DNA from: Ignavibacteriaceae bacterium | GTDB taxonomy: Bacteria > Bacteroidota > Ignavibacteria > Ignavibacteriales > Ignavibacteriaceae | Length of the DNA stretch: 64,000 nt | Direction: 5' to 3' | Assembly: GCA_963664845.1 (NCBI GenBank) | Contig: OY761615.1 | Location: 1,556,219 to 1,620,218, forward strand | Shown here: one piece after another, positions 8,906 through 18,260 of the stretch | How the letters are laid out: every line of letters begins with the position of its first letter | How positions within the stretch are numbered: position 1 is the stretch's first letter | Notes under the pieces: model-generated | Told to the model about the DNA's origin: nothing | What the model saw: the letters and a program-made list of their open reading frames with translations, nothing else | Databases searched by the model: none | Translations under genes and position numbers: made by a program

Positions 8906-10825
8906 TTAATACGTTATTTTTGTATAAAAGCCGACTGAGCCAGAAACAAGCGTGCTAAATAGATATGAATTTGCCAGATAACAACCCGGGATTGATTGAG
9001 TTTCCGATAAGCATAGTTTAATTTCCTTAATTAATCTCCCGTTACTTGGATCATAGATTCTGTACAATGGGGTTCCGGAAACATTGCCACCGATATATCC
9101 GGTTGCTGGATCGATAGAAATATTAGCCAGAGCCTTTGATGTTGAAAAGCTTTTTATAACCGATAAATCACTACAACGATAGGTTGTGATTTGCTGATCG
9201 AGAATTCCAATGACTTGTTCACCCGTTAGCGAGAAAACCGCGTCCACCCACGACTTGCCGCTTATACGTGTCAGTTTTTTGTTTTTCAAATTATACATTC
9301 TGCCACCGCCAATAATAATGTACTCCCCGTCTGCTGTTTTGTTAGATATTTTTATCCTGGCAGGGCCATATGTCCAATTTGAATCTTTCGCAATTAGCTC
9401 CGGCGAATTAACGTTAAGTAATACAAGTGCTCCTGGAGCATATGTAGTTGGAGCTTTGTACCGCTCTCCATAATAAAAACAATAACCATCTGATGTTACA
9501 ACAAAACTTCCATTCAGTGACACATACCCTAATAACTGGTCGGTGTACATAAGCTGGCCGATTGGACTCAATGAAATCGGGTCAACCTGCGTAAAGGAAT
9601 GAGACATATCGTTTGGTTTTGCAGCATTATAGGTGGTATATGCATAACGACCATCATTGCTGATCCTTGTTGTTACATTCCCCTCTGCACGTAATGCAAG
9701 CGTTTCAGCATCAAGAAGTCGCCTATTATCAACCAGTATAGAATGTAATGGTACATTATATTCTATACTCCAGGCAAAAGTGATTGGGGTTCCGGTATAA
9801 GCCTCTATTTCATTGCTTAGTCCGAACCAATAATCGGTGCCGTAGGGTCGAATCCTGTACTTTGCCGTTGCTCCAAAACCCGCCTGATCGATATAAGTGG
9901 TATCTGAGTTTTCTGTAATGATTCGGACGTCAACATATTCCTGGTATGAGCTGCTGTATACATAGCAGCGTTGGAGAATACACCTCCCCGGATGTGGATA
10001 ATAATCCTTCTTTTTCCAGGTTAAAAGAATATGCTCTGCATCAATTGGTTTTGCTGAAGTAAGGAGCCGAAAAGTATCCAGAAAATTTTTTTCATTGCTT
10101 TGTAGTATATTATCAGGGACTGAAACCTTTACTTTGTAGATTACGCTCCCTCCCACATAGCCCATATCCTGAAATGTATTCTTTGATCGGTCATTTATTG
10201 TTGCAATTAACTCTTCGTTTGCCCGGTTGCCACTTTTGCTGAGATAAGTCCGGTAAACGGAGTAATTTTTCAAATTAGTATAAGGATATCTTGTCCAGGT
10301 TAAATTAAGACAGCCGTTAGCGCGGTATACTGAATCAATAAATATATTTCCGTTATAAGTACGGTTATCGATGAAAACATTGTATTGCCATCTGCCAACA
10401 ACAAATTCCGCTCCTTCCCTGTCTGCAAGACTCCCACTCCCCGAATTAGCCCACATTTCCAACGTCATCTTATGGCTGCCCAGTGGAAAGCCATATGAAT
10501 ATAACGAAATTTCACCTGGAGTTGTTGAAGAACCGGCATATGTTGAGTCAATATACAACACTGTTTTAGAAAATACTTTCCCCTTGGTGGAATACGAATA
10601 TGCAAAGTTCTGAGTTCCGAAAACCATGATCGTATCTTTGGCATTTAACAAATTTAGGCTCATGGCCGTATTGGGTTGCGGAATTTGTACAATGCGCTCC
10701 TGATCGGGGGTATAGATAAGATCATTACATGACGGCGTCAGGGCGAGCGAACAAAGCAAGGAAGCCACAATGAATAACCTGCAAAATTTAGGTTTTTGAT
10801 ATAATTTTGTTTTAATTAGTACCAT
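8906..10825 (-). CDS. hypothetical lipoprotein (639 aa)
   Basis: Signal peptide with lipobox-like LALTPSC. Y/T/S/N-rich composition suggests a beta-rich fold. Paired with the downstream OM barrel. Confidence 0.5.
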   Translation of the reverse strand: MVLIKTKLYQKPKFCRLFIVASLLCSLALTPSCNDLIYTPDQERIVQIPQPNTAMSLNLLNAKDTIMVFGTQNFAYSYSTKGKVFSKTVLYIDSTYAGSSTTPGEISLYSYGFPLGSHKMTLEMWANSGSGSLADREGAEFVVGRWQYNVFIDNRTYNGNIFIDSVYRANGCLNLTWTRYPYTNLKNYSVYRTYLSKSGNRANEELIATINDRSKNTFQDMGYVGGSVIYKVKVSVPDNILQSNEKNFLDTFRLLTSAKPIDAEHILLTWKKKDYYPHPGRCILQRCYVYSSSYQEYVDVRIITENSDTTYIDQAGFGATAKYRIRPYGTDYWFGLSNEIEAYTGTPITFAWSIEYNVPLHSILVDNRRLLDAETLALRAEGNVTTRISNDGRYAYTTYNAAKPNDMSHSFTQVDPISLSPIGQLMYTDQLLGYVSLNGSFVVTSDGYCFYYGERYKAPTTYAPGALVLLNVNSPELIAKDSNWTYGPARIKISNKTADGEYIIIGGGRMYNLKNKKLTRISGKSWVDAVFSLTGEQVIGILDQQITTYRCSDLSVIKSFSTSKALANISIDPATGYIGGNVSGTPLYRIYDPSNGRLIKEIKLCLSETQSIPGCYLANSYLFSTLVSGSVGFYTKITY

Positions 10826-11146
10826 AGTTTGATCTAAAATTGAAAATTAATATGCTTTTTGAAATCGAAGTGAAAAAATTAACAACATGCAGATTGTTGG
10901 ATTTGAGAGTCTTGTACTTAGTTTACACATTCCCGCTCTTTGAGTAATTTATTATTATCCATTCTGCTATTCAAAAATAATAAAATTAATCATGAAATGA
11001 TTCAAAATAGTCAAATTTAAAAGCATAGTGTCCGTAAATCAGAATATTGTATCCCGATAGACATTCACCCCGAGGTAATTAGGAACAATGAAACCCGAAC
11101 CGGTATTTCTTTTTGTACGCTGTCAAGTTCATTATATCGAGCCCCC

Positions 11147-11755
11147 CTATTCCACAACTAATTCCGGATAATGTTTAAACCTTTTCAGCAATAATAAAAT
11201 TACCGTTATCCCAACCAGCACTGATGAGATCACAAAAGAAAACACTGCCAGGCTGCCAACTATGCGGCTTGCCAGGACAAAATCTGAATGATTATAAAAA
11301 TACCCGATAAAATTATCAACCAAATCATACAGAGGCCGTACAGAAAACAGCAGGAAAACCAAACCAAACAGAAATGAATTTTTTATCTTATATCTTGTTA
11401 ATAAACAATATCCTATGGCTATCGAAACCAAATCAAGCACATAGGGCATAATGAGAATTACAAAAGATCTCATATTTTCACCATAGCCCTCTTTAATTTC
11501 AACAAATGCAAAACCAAAATTCCCTGCCCAAAAATGCGCGAACAGTTGATAATCCTTTATTTCCATTCCCACAATAAAACAGCCCAGAACATGACCCAGT
11601 TCATGTAGCGGGGCATAAAAAACATACCATAGCAGCGGTAAAACAGTTACGTTGACATAGATTACCTTTATCGGCCAATTACTTCTTAAAAACAAAACCA
11701 ATAAAGGCAGAACCACCAAAATGAGGATTTCCAGTATTCTGAAAAACGGATTCAT
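11147..11755 (-). CDS. polytopic membrane protein with HExxH motif (DUF3267-like putative zincin)
   Basis: 202 aa with about 5 TM helices and an HELGH motif (PLHELGHVLGCFIVG) at the membrane boundary. Very AT-rich codon usage. Confidence 0.5.
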   Translation of the reverse strand: MNPFFRILEILILVVLPLLVLFLRSNWPIKVIYVNVTVLPLLWYVFYAPLHELGHVLGCFIVGMEIKDYQLFAHFWAGNFGFAFVEIKEGYGENMRSFVILIMPYVLDLVSIAIGYCLLTRYKIKNSFLFGLVFLLFSVRPLYDLVDNFIGYFYNHSDFVLASRIVGSLAVFSFVISSVLVGITVILLLLKRFKHYPELVVE

Positions 11756-11914
11756 TTTATAATGTCTTTACAAATTTATATTTGTACATAATGAAGTTGT
11801 TATTAGCGGAAAGGACAAATTTTTTTTATATAGCCTACTATGCTCATCAGTTATAGCACTTATCATTATTTAATTGTTTAAGTTCATATCTTTTAGTAAC
11901 TAAATAGAACAAAA

Positions 11915-12151
11915 TCAATCTCTCGGAACAACACCAATCACTCTTAAAATTCCTATAGCTAATACAATGAATGAAAAAAATAAACAGCCACTGATATATA
12001 GTTTACTTCGCATAGTAATACTGTTCCAATTTTTCATGTCATCTCTATCCATGAAATAGGACAGGCTCAAAAATCCAATGCCCAGGACAACAAATGGGTC
12101 TATCCCATATTTTCCCAGGAAACCCAAAACTTCTCTCATAAATTGCGTCAT
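11915..12151 (-). CDS. small membrane protein (78 aa, 2 TM)
   Basis: The ORF carries two hydrophobic helices. Low confidence that it is a real gene. Confidence 0.3.
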   Translation of the reverse strand: MTQFMREVLGFLGKYGIDPFVVLGIGFLSLSYFMDRDDMKNWNSITMRSKLYISGCLFFSFIVLAIGILRVIGVVPRD

Positions 12152-12383
12152 CTTTTATTGGTCCTTTTAGTGTTCTGGAGAAAAGCCACTTTAAACCTGC
12201 CTATATGCTCTACCTTGGAAATGATTAAACGGCATCAATAGTAAAAGCATAATAGTATAATTCTTCACAGAAGATCTATTCCATTCTTTAAGTATCAGCC
12301 ATTGAGAACAACATCCATTCTTTATCAGTACTCCGGTTCAAAAAATAAGTAACGCACAATACGAGAGTACCCAAAAACGATGG

Positions 12384-12393
12384 GGGGGGGGGC
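12384..12393. repeat. homopolymeric G10 tract
   Basis: gatGGGGGGGGGGcaaatcc, read directly. Confidence 0.9.
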
Positions 12394-12751
12394 AAATCCT
12401 AATTATTCACCAATTCAAAAGATCCATCTTATCAGTTCTTCGACCGCTTTCATCGTTTAAATCATCCTTTTATAGAGGAAAATGCACTAAATACCCTAAC
12501 TGCATATTGGTCACACGGCTAGTTGAGTTTTCAAAAAAAAAGATCCAGCACAGACCGGATTTGGGGAAATTATGATTTTCTCCCTTCGCGCATCTATTAT
12601 GCATTTTATTATATACCGGAAAATTAACAAATTATTTGTTTTATGGATTACTAAAATGTATAGGCATTTGTATTAGACAAGCTGATTACCGTGTGCATGA
12701 GTAACTATACCGTTCCTCACCCCAGTCATTTCCCAAACTACCTCCCCACCC

Positions 12752-12943
12752 CCACGCCATTGGTGTCAACTTAACAAAAACCTGCATAATTCCAGAGGAA
12801 ACGCTCACTTCCAATTATCGCCACTTCTGTACTTTTAACCGCCAATAATGCGGTCCTTCTGTCCCTCGCCCTTTGGGAGAGGGTTAGGGTGAGGGCTTTT
12901 ATTTCTCAAGTAGTAAGTACCACCGCTAAGTTGACACCATTGC
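12752..12943. repeat. imperfect 19-bp inverted repeat pair flanking a GC-rich hairpin element
   Basis: CCATTGGTGTCAACTTAAC at 12752-12770 and GCTAAGTTGACACCATTGC at 12925-12943 are reverse complements at 16 of 19 positions. They enclose ccctcgccctttgggagagggttagggtgagggc. Confidence 0.6.
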
Positions 12944-13093
12944 CCCCCTGCCCCATGCAATGCACGCCGCACTACGTTGTGCAATGCACCGTGCAACGCC
13001 CCATTTTGTGCACCGTTAGCTTGACGGTGACATTTCCCCTTAAGTAAGTTCACCCTGAAATTCTACTTGTATCAGTAAACAAAAGTTGAAACC

Positions 13094-14323
13094 ATGCAAA
13101 CCATAAGCACCACAAACAATGGTTATGATTTTATCTCGGCGCAGGATATCAGCAACAGCAATTCCAGCTCGCTGCAATGGATAGTGAACGGACTCCTGCC
13201 TGAAGGCGTCGCCATCCTCTCCGGAAAACCAAAATCCGGAAAGAGTATGCTCGCTCTCGATATCGCCCTTGCAGTTTCCAAAGGCACCAAGGCTCTTGAC
13301 TCGTTCGATACGGTAGCATCCAGCGTCTTATATCTCCCCTATGATGACAATGAGGGCCGCCTGAAGGAGCGCATCCACCACATCGAAAGCTGCCTCGCGG
13401 CTTCTCCCGAAACACCGTTCAGCGTCTTCTTTCCCGTGCAGCCCGTGCATAAAACTTGGGAGCCAATACAGACACCCCCCGCCAGGCGGATGCCAAAAAA
13501 CAAGCGGATCCCCGACAAAGTTGGCGAGGTCATCTTTTTCGGTGTCGATCAGTTTGAACCAAATCCGGAACATCCCATCACCAAAGTCATTCCTGCAGCC
13601 AATAATGCAACAACGTCCGCTCAGGCTTCTGCAAAGGCGGACCGCCTTAATTCCTTTCGCGGCGCCACGCGGAATATCCGCTTCCTCAAATTCAACGATA
13701 GCGCTCTCGACGAACTGGCCGGCGTACTCAATGAATGCCCGGACATCAAACTCATCATCATCGATTCCCTGGAGGCTGCCTTCCATTGTTGCAAGGGCAA
13801 ATACGGCAACTGCTATCGCGATGCCGGCTCAGCATGGATGAACATCAAGGAATTTGCACTCAATCATCACGTCTGCATGCTCTTCCTGCGCCAGCGCAAA
13901 CAATGTGACCGGAGAACCGACTTCGACGTTATTTCCCACCTGGCCGATGTTCAAATCAATCTGAAAACCTCACCGCAAAAAAATGATGACGACATAACAA
14001 CGCTGCACATTTGCGGACGCGACGTTCCTGAGTCCTCATTCACCTGCGAATTCAATCACGATACATTCAGGTGGAACATCAGTAACGGGAAACCGTGTAA
14101 AGCTCTCAACAAAGAGCGCTGGGATATTGTGGAGCTCTTCAAGAACGATTTTAACCTGCGCTATAATGTCCGTGAGATAGCACAGTTCCTCAATAAAAAC
14201 CTCTCTGCTGTTTCCAGGCTGCTGCACAAAATGACCGTACAGGGCATCCTCTGTAATCCGATGTATGGCATATATGGCCTTACCATGTCATCAAAAGATT
14301 ACAGTGATCTGCACAAACGATAA
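13094..14323 (+). CDS. AAA_25/RepA-like P-loop ATPase with C-terminal HTH (replication or mobile-element protein)
   Basis: 409 aa. N-terminal WIVNGLLPEGVAILSGKPKSGKSMLALDIALAVS is the Walker A context typical of AAA_25/RecA-like RepA/DnaB-loader proteins of plasmids, phages and integrative elements. Walker-B-like IKLIIIDSLE. C-terminal REIAQFLNKNLSAVSRLLHKM looks like a helix-turn-helix. Confidence 0.65.
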   Translation: MQTISTTNNGYDFISAQDISNSNSSSLQWIVNGLLPEGVAILSGKPKSGKSMLALDIALAVSKGTKALDSFDTVASSVLYLPYDDNEGRLKERIHHIESCLAASPETPFSVFFPVQPVHKTWEPIQTPPARRMPKNKRIPDKVGEVIFFGVDQFEPNPEHPITKVIPAANNATTSAQASAKADRLNSFRGATRNIRFLKFNDSALDELAGVLNECPDIKLIIIDSLEAAFHCCKGKYGNCYRDAGSAWMNIKEFALNHHVCMLFLRQRKQCDRRTDFDVISHLADVQINLKTSPQKNDDDITTLHICGRDVPESSFTCEFNHDTFRWNISNGKPCKALNKERWDIVELFKNDFNLRYNVREIAQFLNKNLSAVSRLLHKMTVQGILCNPMYGIYGLTMSSKDYSDLHKR

Positions 14324-14352
14324 TGTACACGCAAAAAAATGTTGCAAAAGGT

Positions 14353-14455
14353 GGTAAAACTGGTGGAACTTATTCTATAACAACAACTTACAGCCGTCAA
14401 ACCGGTAAAACTTCGGTAAAACTTCGGTAAAACTCCGGTAAAACCCGGTGGAACT
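14353..14455. repeat. iteron-like direct repeat array (GGTAAAAC / GGTGGAAC, 10-11 bp period)
   Basis: GGTAAAAC begins at 14353, 14405, 14416, 14427 and 14438. The variant GGTGGAAC begins at 14363 and 14448. This gives four perfect 11-bp-spaced copies plus flanking variants, 30 bp after the RepA-like stop. Confidence 0.8.
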
Positions 14456-14552
14456 TAACATTAATCCTGGTCGAACTAAATCCCTCCCTTTGCGAAAGGG
14501 AGGGGCAGGGGTGGGCTCAGTCCTAATTTCCTGCCTCGAATTTAAACCTGCG

Positions 14553-15983
14553 TCATTGCTTTCCGCGGAGTTCTGTTGGAAGCAGATTGATGCCGACCAT
14601 GCGGATGCCGACTACAAGAAAGATGAACAGACAAATGAGCGTTACGAACATATTTGTAAAAAGGCTTGCGAGCATGAAGCAAACAATCGCAGCGGTGGTC
14701 AGCATGAGCGCCGTATTAACATTGAAGTCAATAACAATTTCGTTGCGCGATATCCACCACAGATAGAGCATGGAACAAAAGTAACTTAACAGCGTGGCAA
14801 GCGCCGCACCAACCAGGCCCAGGCGCGGGATCAACACAATATTCCCCACAACATTCAGGACAACCGCCAGGCCGTCTGCAATAAGGAACAGATAACTCTT
14901 CCCGCTGATATAGGGATATACCGAGAAGAACGAAAGAAGTCCGTTGAAAAGATATGCCATCAGAATAATGGGCACAATAACAAGTCCGGGGCGGTATGCC
15001 GGGTTGAACAAATGCAAATTGCCGGGCAGCGAAAAATCAAAAACCAAAGGAGTGAGCAAGCTGACGCTGAGAAAAATGGTATAGGAGAGAAACAGCAGTT
15101 TGGAAAGCGATTTGCCAAAGTGAACACTGTAATCCCCTCTTTTAAAAAGGTTAATGGCGTGAGGTGTCCACGCTGTTCTGAATGACATGACAAACAGCAT
15201 CATTATGTTGCCGATACGATAGGCAAAGCTGTAAATACCAACGGTTGCATCGTTGAAATAGTGCCGCAGGATGAAGCGGTCAACCAGGTCAGTCATCGCG
15301 GTGAAACCACCGGCAATCATAAGCGGGGCTGCAAACTTCATGAAGTGCCAGAAAAACGCTCTGTCAATTTTCCCTATCACCAGTGGACCCATTCTGGGTA
15401 TGAGCAGCACCGAAACAACAAAGAACGAAAGGAACTGAGCATTAACAATGGCCATGATGCCCTGATCAAAACCCATTAACAAAACAAGCGTCACCAAAAC
15501 ATTGACCACTGCCGGGACGACTGAATAGAAGGCCACCGGTTTAACGCGTTCCCTTGTTCTGAATACGTGCAGCGCGCATGCCTGGAAGTTATCGAACAAC
15601 AGGGTCAGCGCCAGTATTTGAATAATTCCTTCATATCGCCGTGAGCTGAAAAGCACATCGGCAATTGTTCCGGCAGCGGCAAGGCATGCCAGCGAGGCGA
15701 CCAGGGAAAACCCCATGGTGAGAGTGAAAAACTGGGAGACTGCCGTAGCTCTGCTCTGGTCATCTTTCGCGTCAAGATAGAATTTGCTGAACGAGCTTTG
15801 AAATCCGCCCTGATAGAAAGAAACAACAATGGCATAGCCCGCCAGCAGGATGGACAGCACACCAAAATCACCGGGGGAAATATAATACGAATAAAATGGC
15901 AGCAGCAAAAAGCTTGCTGATTTAAGGAACAGATTCGTCAGCCCGTAGAGCAGCGTATTTTTAAATAGATTTGAACTTTTCAC
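14553..15983 (-). CDS. oligosaccharide/polysaccharide flippase (Wzx, MOP superfamily)
   Basis: 476 aa with about 12-14 TM helices and the Polysacc_synt-like N-terminus (LLYGLTNLFLKSASFLLLPFY). Confidence 0.7.
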   Translation of the reverse strand: MKSSNLFKNTLLYGLTNLFLKSASFLLLPFYSYYISPGDFGVLSILLAGYAIVVSFYQGGFQSSFSKFYLDAKDDQSRATAVSQFFTLTMGFSLVASLACLAAAGTIADVLFSSRRYEGIIQILALTLLFDNFQACALHVFRTRERVKPVAFYSVVPAVVNVLVTLVLLMGFDQGIMAIVNAQFLSFFVVSVLLIPRMGPLVIGKIDRAFFWHFMKFAAPLMIAGGFTAMTDLVDRFILRHYFNDATVGIYSFAYRIGNIMMLFVMSFRTAWTPHAINLFKRGDYSVHFGKSLSKLLFLSYTIFLSVSLLTPLVFDFSLPGNLHLFNPAYRPGLVIVPIILMAYLFNGLLSFFSVYPYISGKSYLFLIADGLAVVLNVVGNIVLIPRLGLVGAALATLLSYFCSMLYLWWISRNEIVIDFNVNTALMLTTAAIVCFMLASLFTNMFVTLICLFIFLVVGIRMVGINLLPTELRGKQ

Positions 15984-17062
15984 ACGATGCCTGCCGTGCG
16001 GTAATACTCATACAGTTTTTTATTCACGTTTTGATAGCCGTGGTACTTTTCCACCCACTGTTTTCCTGCTTCGCCGGAATTTTTACGGAATGTGCTGTCT
16101 TCAATAAGCATCTCCAAAACGCGATATAGTTCATCCGCGTTGTTGGCAACCACAAACGGGTTTTCCGGCAGCCAGTTTCGATATTCGCCGGACATGTTGG
16201 TAATAACCGGGATGCCCATTGCAAGCGTTTCTAGACCCGCTTTGCCATATCCGGTGCCGCCCATTGCCCCGCCCACCTGATCGATACAAATATCGCACGA
16301 GCTTTTCATTGCAAGAACTGTTTCGCGGGGCAGGTTTTCCAGCAGAAGGAACTCCACGTTGGCATATTGCTTCCCTATCTTTTCCATCACCGGAATGATC
16401 AGTTCCGTGCCTTTGTATTTCCTGTTCGTTGGAGAATGGACAATAACGATCTTATCGTCATCACGTGCTTTCCGCGCGGGTAACTCGGATGGATCATAGG
16501 GATAGAAAAGATATTTCAGATCCTTTTTCATTGCCAGGTGATCGAACTCGGAGGTGATATTGAGATCGGAGATACGGTCAAGTTCGGGGATTATTCCGCG
16601 CAGCCTGAGATCGCTTCCATAGTAGCAGCAGACAATTTTCTTTCCCGCCTCTTTCCATTTGAGTGCCTGCTTGGGATAGCGGTAAAAATCAAGCCCCGCA
16701 TCAAAATGAAAAACATCATAATCATCAAGCGCATATTTCTCAATCACCGTATCAACCCGCGCGGTGCGGAGCACATCGGTAACATTGAAATAAGCCTGTT
16801 CCAAAATGTTTTTGGGTTTGAAGACAGGAGCGGTTAGCGGTGGCGCTTCGCCGATATCGGCCAGTTTTTTCTTGCGCCATTTTTTTGCAAGCGCAAAATT
16901 GGGCAGCGGATAGTCCAGACAGATATCCTCGGGAAACGACAACTGGTTTTTATGCAGCGTTATTAGCCGTGAGCTGTCTCCGCAGGCGTTGTGCATCTTA
17001 AAAAAATCGTATGGCACACCGGCATAGTTCTGCGGTGCGATATGCAGAATTTTGCGCATCAA
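15980..17062 (-). CDS. glycosyltransferase, GT-B fold (GT4-like)
   Basis: 360 aa. The C-terminal half has a glycos_transf_1-like pattern (HSPTNRKYKGTELII...GIPVITN). Overlaps the flippase by 4 nt. Confidence 0.6.
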   Translation of the reverse strand: MMRKILHIAPQNYAGVPYDFFKMHNACGDSSRLITLHKNQLSFPEDICLDYPLPNFALAKKWRKKKLADIGEAPPLTAPVFKPKNILEQAYFNVTDVLRTARVDTVIEKYALDDYDVFHFDAGLDFYRYPKQALKWKEAGKKIVCCYYGSDLRLRGIIPELDRISDLNITSEFDHLAMKKDLKYLFYPYDPSELPARKARDDDKIVIVHSPTNRKYKGTELIIPVMEKIGKQYANVEFLLLENLPRETVLAMKSSCDICIDQVGGAMGGTGYGKAGLETLAMGIPVITNMSGEYRNWLPENPFVVANNADELYRVLEMLIEDSTFRKNSGEAGKQWVEKYHGYQNVNKKLYEYYRTAGIV

Positions 17063-18030
17063 AGCTCTTTATAAAGCGAGTCGCGGAAAATGCCGCGTGA
17101 ACCGAAGTTCTCCTTGAACCGGCCCAGGCCCCAGTTCGGCTCCATGTTAACCGTGAAGATGCCGAAATCCAGGAACTTGTATCCTTCGTTGCGGTATTGG
17201 TTCATGATGCGGTAGAAGAGCAAATTGACCGGGCGGTATTGCTGATAGTCCTCATCGTGGCTTATATAGAACGCAAGCACCACATTCGGGTTGACACTGA
17301 AATTGCAGACCCCTGCAATGAGCGTGTCGTCTTTGAAAGCGCCGAACAGACGTATCTTTGTCGGAAAAAGTTTTTTAAGATGCAGCAATTCATCAAGCGT
17401 ATGCGTGGGGTTAACACCGTGACGCATCTTGAGATTTTTTTTCAGTATCTCATAGTACTCGGCAAACCGCTCTGTTTCAACTACTTCGATGCCCTGCGCT
17501 ATTGATTTTTTGACCGCGGTACGTGCTTCCTGGCGATAGGTGCCGAGGAGCTGATCTTCAGGAGTGTCCAGTTGCACCACGCTGGAAATTTCGCGTTTAA
17601 GATAGGTGAAACCGTTCCTGTAGAAAGCGAAGTCGATATAGTTGGAATATTTGTTAAGATAGATGATCGGAGGAAGCGTTATCTGAATGGCGTCGCATTT
17701 GAGTTCTTTGGCGTAGACCTGCAATTGCTCAACAATGTCGAACGCGTCCTTTATGGTAAAGTCCAGCTTATAAACTACTCCGCCATAGGAAGCACCGCCG
17801 TGGGAGTTCAGCACACGTTTGCCGTCACGGTTAACAATGACGGAGGGGAACAGTGCGAACGGTTTATCATTTTTCATTATTACCGCGGAGCCATCCACAA
17901 AACGGTCCTTGGGGTGATAGGAAAGAAAACGTCTTTTGTGGAATATGGTGCCGTTATCGGCAGAGTCGACGAAACTGTCCCATTCGTCGTCAGAAAGAGA
18001 TGATTTTTTAAAGGGGATAAATGCAAACAT
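17059..18030 (-). CDS. FemAB-like / GNAT-fold acyl(aminoacyl)transferase
   Basis: 323 aa. Resembles FemAB/BioF2-like acetyltransferase-domain proteins found in polysaccharide loci. Overlaps the GT by 4 nt. Family assignment is by eye. Confidence 0.45.
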   Translation of the reverse strand: MFAFIPFKKSSLSDDEWDSFVDSADNGTIFHKRRFLSYHPKDRFVDGSAVIMKNDKPFALFPSVIVNRDGKRVLNSHGGASYGGVVYKLDFTIKDAFDIVEQLQVYAKELKCDAIQITLPPIIYLNKYSNYIDFAFYRNGFTYLKREISSVVQLDTPEDQLLGTYRQEARTAVKKSIAQGIEVVETERFAEYYEILKKNLKMRHGVNPTHTLDELLHLKKLFPTKIRLFGAFKDDTLIAGVCNFSVNPNVVLAFYISHDEDYQQYRPVNLLFYRIMNQYRNEGYKFLDFGIFTVNMEPNWGLGRFKENFGSRGIFRDSLYKEL

Positions 18031-18260
18031 ATAAATTCCAAATTCTCTGTAATAGATTAGGGAAAAATAGCAAAGTTATGAGAGATAGGAAACAAATAAC
18101 ATTCGGAGATGCAATGGGCCTGCCAAATGCCAATCGGTTGACAGTACAATGCAGTTATAATGTCCGCCCCTTTCAGGGGCGAAGGTTTGTTGATGACACA
18201 GCCATGGGTTGCATCCACGCCCATGCGCAACACGGGATGATGCAGCCATTCCGTCACTGT

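Noticed and set aside
12835-13053. 72-aa ORF encoding ...SPHPNPLPKGEGQKDRIIGG.
   Set aside because: It overlies the GC-rich palindromic element and its inverted repeats upstream of the RepA-like gene. This is the classic false ORF produced by a REP-like hairpin.
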